NCBI GenBank assembly: GCA_963675525.2 | Contig: CAXXSL010000013.1 | Span: forward strand, 128,001 to 192,000 | Direction: 5' to 3' | Origin: Anaerohalosphaeraceae bacterium | GTDB lineage: Bacteria; Planctomycetota; Phycisphaerae; Sedimentisphaerales; Anaerohalosphaeraceae | Length of the DNA: 64,000 nucleotides | In this document: in pieces, positions 58,160-64,000 of the stretch | Position numbering within the stretch: position 1 is the first letter of the stretch | How the letters are laid out: each line of letters starts with the position of its first letter | Notes under the pieces: model-generated | Databases searched by the model: none | Told to the model about the DNA's origin: nothing | The model's input: the letters and a program-made list of their open reading frames with translations, nothing else | Made by a program: the position numbers and the translations under genes

Positions 58160-59512
58160 TTATCTCCCGAAGGATTGTTTGGCCAACATGCCAACGGCAC
58201 TGATATAGGCCTCAGATCGCTGGATGTAATTTTTGAACATATCATAGCTGGCGCAGGCCGGGCTCATTAAAACCACGTCACCGCCAACGGCCAACTCATT
58301 GGCAATTTGGACGGCCTGCTGCATTGAATCGGCATATTTAATAACACATTTTGTATTTTCAATAGATTGTATCGACGCAGCGATTTTCTCCGCCGTTTGC
58401 CCGATCAATACGACTGCTTTGGCACGTTCGGCAATGCATTTTCCCAATTCTACAAAACTGATTTTCTTATCATAACCGCCGGCAATCAGAACCTTGGGGT
58501 CATCAATGCCGTTCAGGGCCGCCATGGTGCTGACCGGCGTCGTCGCTTTCGAGTCATCGTACCAACGAACGCCATTGGCCTCGGCGACAAGCTGACAGCG
58601 ATTCGGCAAGCCTTTAAAAGTCGCAACTGCATCTGCAATCGCTGACGGGGCACTATCAAAACAGGATACAATTGCCAGTGCCGCGGCCAGATTCGAGCGA
58701 TTCGCACGGCCGGGCAGCCGATATAATCCAGTGTATTTGTTCGGAACATCATCGGCACTGAAAGCCAGGCAGTTGCGTCCAGCCTTATAAAGATATTTCT
58801 GATACCACGCACGAGTAATCGAATCTTCGGCGTTAAAGATGGAAATATCACCCGGTTTTTGATATTTAAAAATCCCCTCTTTGACCCGACAATATTCCTC
58901 AAAGGTACCGTGACGATCAATGTGATTGGCGGTCAGATTGGTGATTAAGGCAATGTGCGGAGCGGCCTGAATGCGTGCCAACTGTTCGAGTTGAAAATTG
59001 CTGATCTCCAGAACGACAATGTCATCTTTATCGATGTCATCGACAATATCCAGCAACGGCTGGTGACCAATATTGCCGCCCAGCCAAACCTTGCGACTGC
59101 CGACCTGCAATAAGTGGGCGGCCAGCGAAGTGGTCGTGCTTTTACCATTGGCTCCGGTGATCCCGACAATCGGTGCCGGACACAACTGGAAGAAGATTTC
59201 CATCTGTGACGTGATTAAGGCGCCGGCTTGTTGGGCAATTTGGATGTAGCGATTATTCGGCGGTACGGCGGGGTTTACGATAAGAATATCGGCACCGGAA
59301 AAATCATCCTCACGATGCTCGCCGAGTCGATATTGAACGGGAAGCCCCTTCAAAGCATCCACTGAATCCGCCAGTTCCACATCGGTCGCCAGATCCGTCA
59401 CAAGCACATTGGCACCGGCCTTGGCGACAAACAAAGCTGAATCAACACCACCCCCGAAGCGGCCCAATCCCATGACCACAACATTTTTATCGTTGAAGAA
59501 TGTTCGATCCAT
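58160..59512 (-). CDS. murD: UDP-N-acetylmuramoyl-L-alanine--D-glutamate ligase
   Basis: GITGANGKSTT, GGNIG, EISNFQL, DDSKAT, SPACASYD. Confidence 0.95.
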   Translation of the reverse strand: MDRTFFNDKNVVVMGLGRFGGGVDSALFVAKAGANVLVTDLATDVELADSVDALKGLPVQYRLGEHREDDFSGADILIVNPAVPPNNRYIQIAQQAGALITSQMEIFFQLCPAPIVGITGANGKSTTTSLAAHLLQVGSRKVWLGGNIGHQPLLDIVDDIDKDDIVVLEISNFQLEQLARIQAAPHIALITNLTANHIDRHGTFEEYCRVKEGIFKYQKPGDISIFNAEDSITRAWYQKYLYKAGRNCLAFSADDVPNKYTGLYRLPGRANRSNLAAALAIVSCFDSAPSAIADAVATFKGLPNRCQLVAEANGVRWYDDSKATTPVSTMAALNGIDDPKVLIAGGYDKKISFVELGKCIAERAKAVVLIGQTAEKIAASIQSIENTKCVIKYADSMQQAVQIANELAVGGDVVLMSPACASYDMFKNYIQRSEAYISAVGMLAKQSFGR

Positions 59513-59527
59513 CAGCCTGATTTTGAA

Positions 59528-60469
59528 TTATGAACGTGCTTTGGCTAATTCCATTTTCGCATCGATGGCCGCCTGTTCAATGCATTTTTCCCAGTTGTCC
59601 CCGAACTGCTCTTTGTATTTCGGATCATCGAACGCATAAATAATCGAGCGTGACGCATTAATCAACGCCCCCATGCCGTCCTTGTTGCAGAAACGCAGAC
59701 AATCGGTTGCTCCGGCACCCTGTGAACCGAATCCGGGAACCAGGAACCAACACTTGGGATAACGCTGACGTAATACGCTGGTTTCCTCAGGACTGGTTCC
59801 GCCGACCACCATGCCGATGTTGCTGTAGCCGGATTCGCCAATGCGTTTGGTTTGATTCGCAATCTCACTGACAACGGCAGCGAGTTTTTCATACATCTTC
59901 ACGCCAGCAGCGTCAGCAAAATCCTGAACCGCCCCGGCACTGGGGTTGCTGGCACGAACCCAGACAAAAACACCCTTGCCCTGCTCAGTCGCCACATCGG
60001 CAAACGGCACGATCCCGTCGGCACCGGCAAACCCATTCACCGTAATGGCATCCGGCGTAATGATATCATCCATGCCTTCAAATTCAGGGTTCTGCAGGTG
60101 AGCTTGGGCATAGGCTTGAGCGGTATGACCGATATCACCGCGTTTAACGTCCCCGATTACTTCCAACCCCAGGGCTTCGGCTTCGGCGACCAGTGCGTAA
60201 TACGTCTCAAGCCCTTCCCAAAGATACCGTTCAAAATAAGCAATGTTAATTTTTACCGCCGGAACAAGCGGGGCAACAACTTTTAAGGTTCGAGTGCAAA
60301 AATCAAAAATCGCATCGATTGATGACGCGATATCTTTTTCGTCATTCATGTCCCGATGGCTGCGGATGGCTTCCGGCAAACGTCCATAGACCGGGTCCAA
60401 ACCCACGATCAGCGGGGTATTTTTCTTTTTGATCGACTCACATAAACGATCTGCAAAATGACTTGCCAC
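59528..60469 (-). CDS. pyrF: orotidine-5'-phosphate decarboxylase
   Basis: VGLDP, DVKRGDIG, SNP, LVPGFGSQG, NASR; GTG start. Confidence 0.95.
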   Translation of the reverse strand: MASHFADRLCESIKKKNTPLIVGLDPVYGRLPEAIRSHRDMNDEKDIASSIDAIFDFCTRTLKVVAPLVPAVKINIAYFERYLWEGLETYYALVAEAEALGLEVIGDVKRGDIGHTAQAYAQAHLQNPEFEGMDDIITPDAITVNGFAGADGIVPFADVATEQGKGVFVWVRASNPSAGAVQDFADAAGVKMYEKLAAVVSEIANQTKRIGESGYSNIGMVVGGTSPEETSVLRQRYPKCWFLVPGFGSQGAGATDCLRFCNKDGMGALINASRSIIYAFDDPKYKEQFGDNWEKCIEQAAIDAKMELAKARS

Positions 60470-60587
60470 AGAGTTTCCTTTCGAGAATAATTATTCCTGT
60501 ATAAAATTTTCTTCAATCCTAAAGAGCAATCACTATAATCACATTGCGATGACAGAGCAAGGAACAATTTCAACAAGTGTGAGAATT

Positions 60588-61265
60588 ATGAATAAAACCG
60601 CGACAAAAAAACGTAACTGCCGTCCTCTGCGATGTTTCTGGATTCTTTTCATCGTCCTGGCATCGTTGGCCGCCACCGGCATTTTTCTGTGCCGACGCCC
60701 CCCCCGCATCTATCAACCCAACCCGGTCGACAATCCGGAACAAGTCAGCCTCTATTTAACCCATCAACTGGGACCGGATTTCTACAATCAGGTCCAACTG
60801 AAAAAGCCTTTTGAACTTCGGGTTGAGCAGGACGGCTTGAACGACATTCTCCGTCACTGGATCTGGCCGCAAAAAGCCGGCGATGTAGCATTTTCCGACC
60901 CGATGATATTGTTCGATGAGCAAGCTATTTACCTCATGGGAACCGTGGAATACAACGGATTTTCTTCGGTTCTAACCATAATCGCATCCCCCGCTATCGA
61001 CCCCGAAGGAAATCTCTCTTTAAATATCGACTCTATTTGGCTGGGAAGCCTGCCGGCTAAAACCCTCATCAGCTCTCTGGCGAAATACGCTTTTGACCGA
61101 TCGATATCCGCGTTTGAAAATGACCCGCAACTGGAAGAAATCGTCCGCTCCATCATCTACGGTGAACCCTTTAACTCAACATTCGAAATCGCCGGCCGGA
61201 ATGTAAAAGTGACCAAAATCACCCTTGAAACAAAGATACTGACCCTGCAATTCAATCCGGAATAG
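60588..61265 (+). CDS. hypothetical membrane-anchored protein
   Basis: N-terminal TM helix; long open frame; start 60588 or 60549. Confidence 0.6.
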   Translation: MNKTATKKRNCRPLRCFWILFIVLASLAATGIFLCRRPPRIYQPNPVDNPEQVSLYLTHQLGPDFYNQVQLKKPFELRVEQDGLNDILRHWIWPQKAGDVAFSDPMILFDEQAIYLMGTVEYNGFSSVLTIIASPAIDPEGNLSLNIDSIWLGSLPAKTLISSLAKYAFDRSISAFENDPQLEEIVRSIIYGEPFNSTFEIAGRNVKVTKITLETKILTLQFNPE

Positions 61266-61479
61266 TGCCTCTATAGCTTTTAATGAGCCAAAGATTATCG
61301 GTCTCTATATGGATGGTTTCATTTCCTTTTTCTCTTCTCTGTGTTTTAGCCAAAAGAGAAAGCGAGATTATCAGACCTTGAAAAAAGGTTAAAAAGCCCC
61401 TTTTGGTTGGTCGATGCATCCTTGGTCTTGATATCGGTGCCATTATGATTGTGTCATAATCAAAGGAAACGATAGAACA

Positions 61480-63354
61480 ATGTCATTGCGTGAAAGAATT
61501 TCGGTTGTCCTGTTCATCATGTTCTGCTGTTACGGCGGGCTTGAATATGCCGCGCAGCGATGGCTGATATATCCGGAGTTTGTCTCCCAGGAACAGCAAC
61601 AAGCCCAAAACTCTAGTAATAAAGTCATAAAAGCCATTAATACCCGATTTTCTGATTTCCGCAATCAGATCGTCACATCCGCCCAATCCGGGGAAATCGA
61701 TTCAATGCTCAAAAACACGGCTAACCGCAATGCCATCGGCCAGATCGAAGCCGCGGATTTTATCGTCCTGTTTGACTATAAATGGAATCCTGTTTTCAGT
61801 CAACTTTCCGAGCAAATCACGCCGGAACAGTTTCGGAAGGAACTGCTGGAAGGCACGACGCCGTTTCTGACAAAAAAACAAATGGGGTTTTCCAAAAAAG
61901 GAATTTGCACCCTCAACGGACAGTTCATCTATCTCGTCACCGAACCGGTTCTGGCGTCCCCTCAAAATAATAAAATCGAGGGAATGGTCTTTGCCGGACA
62001 ATTCCTCACGGACGAAAGTTTTGAAAAACTTCGCCGGGAACTGAACCTCAGCTTCAACTGGGATATTCTGACACCCGACAACCAAAAGAAGGAGAATTCG
62101 GAAATCATCGATCGAATTACGGCCGAAAAGCCCTATGACTTTTTATCACTGGGCGACAACTTCATGCAATGCTCGACGGCTCTTTTTGATTATCAGAACC
62201 ACCCCGCCCTTTTGATCAAAACATTCCGGGATAAAAGTATCAGTGTACAGGGTTTACAGGCCGTCCATAAGTCTATTCTCATCAAGCTGGTGGCAGGGTT
62301 TGTAGCCGTATTATTTGTTATTGTACTTTTGCAGATGGTCGTCATCAGCCCTATTATGAAGCTGATAAAGCATGTCGTCAAACTTGAACACCCCGGCAGT
62401 GCGAAACAGAAATGTATCCTGTCACGGAAAGATGAGATAGGCACTCTGGCCACAGAGTTCGACCAGATGTGCCAACGGGTACAGAATGCACAAGTAAAAT
62501 TGATGGAAAAATCATACCTGTCCGGTGCCACAGAAATGTCATCCGGCATCCTGCATAATGTCCGAAATGCCCTCAGTCCGATCACGACCCGCATCGGACG
62601 AATCAAAGACCAGTTCCATGATATCCCGCTGGATAATCTTGAAAAGGCGCGGGAAGAACTGAAAAAAGGAAGCCTCACTCCTGAACGGCGAGCGGATTTG
62701 ATGCGATTCGTAGAATTGACATTCCAGCAGGTTATGGACAATCTCAAAGAAACCGTCTCCGGACTGGAAGACCTTTGCGGGCAGGTTAGTCAAATCGAAG
62801 ACATGCTCAATACGCAGAGAACTTTTGGCTCCAAAGATGACAAGCCGGTTGAGTTCATCGAACCCGCCCGGCTGTTAGAAAATGCGATAGGAATGATTCC
62901 TGAAAAAATTAAAACAAAAAACCGGATACAGATCTGCCCGAAAATTCAGGAACTGCCGGCAATTCCCGTCCATTCGACAACATTCATACAAATCCTGCAA
63001 AATCTTATCATAAATGCGTCTGAATCGCTGGAACGTGAAACCCCTCTTTGCCCCAAAATCAATGTTTCCTGTAAAATCGATCCGCAGCAGGACACCGTCG
63101 ATATGATGCACTGGAAAATCGAGGACAACGGCACCGGCATCCCGGCGGATAAAATTGAGACTATTTTTGAACGGGGTGCCTCGTCAAAAACCAAGGGGTT
63201 AACGGGCATCGGACTGCACTGGTGCGCCAATACGATCAATGCAATGAAAGGACGCCTCTGGGCCGAAAGTGATGGTCTTCACAAGGGCGCCTGTTTCCAT
63301 ATTACAATGCCGATGGCAGCGGAAGAATGCCTTGCGGGAACGAAAGAAGGATAG
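61480..63354 (+). CDS. membrane sensor histidine kinase (periplasmic sensor, HAMP, HisKA, HATPase)
   Basis: Two TM helices; RKDEIGTLA; ILHNVRNAL; QNLIINA; DNGTGI; GIGL. Confidence 0.92.
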   Translation: MSLRERISVVLFIMFCCYGGLEYAAQRWLIYPEFVSQEQQQAQNSSNKVIKAINTRFSDFRNQIVTSAQSGEIDSMLKNTANRNAIGQIEAADFIVLFDYKWNPVFSQLSEQITPEQFRKELLEGTTPFLTKKQMGFSKKGICTLNGQFIYLVTEPVLASPQNNKIEGMVFAGQFLTDESFEKLRRELNLSFNWDILTPDNQKKENSEIIDRITAEKPYDFLSLGDNFMQCSTALFDYQNHPALLIKTFRDKSISVQGLQAVHKSILIKLVAGFVAVLFVIVLLQMVVISPIMKLIKHVVKLEHPGSAKQKCILSRKDEIGTLATEFDQMCQRVQNAQVKLMEKSYLSGATEMSSGILHNVRNALSPITTRIGRIKDQFHDIPLDNLEKAREELKKGSLTPERRADLMRFVELTFQQVMDNLKETVSGLEDLCGQVSQIEDMLNTQRTFGSKDDKPVEFIEPARLLENAIGMIPEKIKTKNRIQICPKIQELPAIPVHSTTFIQILQNLIINASESLERETPLCPKINVSCKIDPQQDTVDMMHWKIEDNGTGIPADKIETIFERGASSKTKGLTGIGLHWCANTINAMKGRLWAESDGLHKGACFHITMPMAAEECLAGTKEG

Positions 63355-63359
63355 ACATT

Positions 63360-64000
63360 ATGGACTTAAAAAAAGAGCTGAACAAACGAATTCTACTGGT
63401 AGATGACGAACCGAAGATCCTTGAAGAACTGCAGAAAGTTCTCGTGCCGGCCGAAACAAACGGCAAGGAACTGCAGGAGTTGCAGGGTCGGCTGTTCGGG
63501 GAATCCGCCTCATCCGGCACCGCAAAGGCAACCTATGATGTACACTGCTGCCGGCAGGGAGATGAGGCACTGGAAGTCGTTCGGCAGGCTCAGGAAAACA
63601 ATGAGCCGTTTGCCGTGGCGTTTATGGATGTTCGAATGCCGCCGGGACCGGATGGCGTCTGGACCGCCGAACATATAAGAGAAATCGACCCGAATATACA
63701 AATCGTCATGATGACGGGCTATTCGGATTTTGACATCAGCGAGATCGCCAAACGGGTACCGCCCGAAGATAAACTCCTGTATGTCCAGAAACCGATTCAC
63801 ACACAGGAAATCCGCCAGTTCGCGCTGGCGCTGACCGCCAAATGGCAGTCAGATTATCTGCTCCATATCCAGAACGCCCAACTCAAAGATGCCAATGAAA
63901 AACTGAAAAAGCTCGACCATATGAAAAGCGAATTCGTCATGACCGTATCGCATGAGTTGCGCACGCCCCTGACGATCTTTAAAAATATCATCTCGAACGC
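63360..64000 (+). CDS. hybrid receiver-histidine kinase (3' end runs off the window)
   Basis: Manually translated: RILLVDDE, FMDVRMPPGPDG, MTGYS, QKP, then SEFVMTVSHELRTPL. Confidence 0.9.
   Translation, partial: MDLKKELNKRILLVDDEPKILEELQKVLVPAETNGKELQELQGRLFGESASSGTAKATYDVHCCRQGDEALEVVRQAQENNEPFAVAFMDVRMPPGPDGVWTAEHIREIDPNIQIVMMTGYSDFDISEIAKRVPPEDKLLYVQKPIHTQEIRQFALALTAKWQSDYLLHIQNAQLKDANEKLKKLDHMKSEFVMTVSHELRTPLTIFKNIISN

Noticed and set aside
58160..59512. murD in a probable planctomycete as a novelty
   Set aside because: Peptidoglycan synthesis in Planctomycetota is already established.

Overview
Bacterial chromosomal segment of moderate GC. The DUF1559/H-X9-DG pilin-like proteins, PEP-CTERM protein, dockerin-like C-termini and DUF11 lipoprotein suggest Planctomycetota, probably Phycisphaerae (inference). 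Most of it is housekeeping: rmuC, mtnP, ruvCAB, cysS, ispDF, hisBC, accD, rpe, pgk, gap, tilS, cobO, ffh-rpsP-trmD-rplS, truD, scpB, mutY, dapB, menA/menG, murD, pyrF. It also carries polysaccharide enzymes (GH2, GH51, CE12, PL11), an ECF sigma/Spy module and two histidine kinases. No rRNA, tRNA or CRISPR array was seen. Main points of interest: (1) a stand-alone, acidic copy of the SRP (Ffh) M domain coupled to ffh; (2) a GxxExxY nuclease gene between ruvA and ruvB, bounded by inverted 9-bp-periodic arms, with an empty arm pair and solo arms elsewhere; (3) three pilin-like paralogues, two with an apparently identical 354-bp 5' half and divergent 3' halves; (4) a stranded duplicate 5' end of nif3 beside palindromic repeats and inserted genes; (5) an intact-ended IS5-family element with a nonsense-mutated transposase; (6) a large surface-protein gene split by a 1-bp frameshift. 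All alignments were made by eye.
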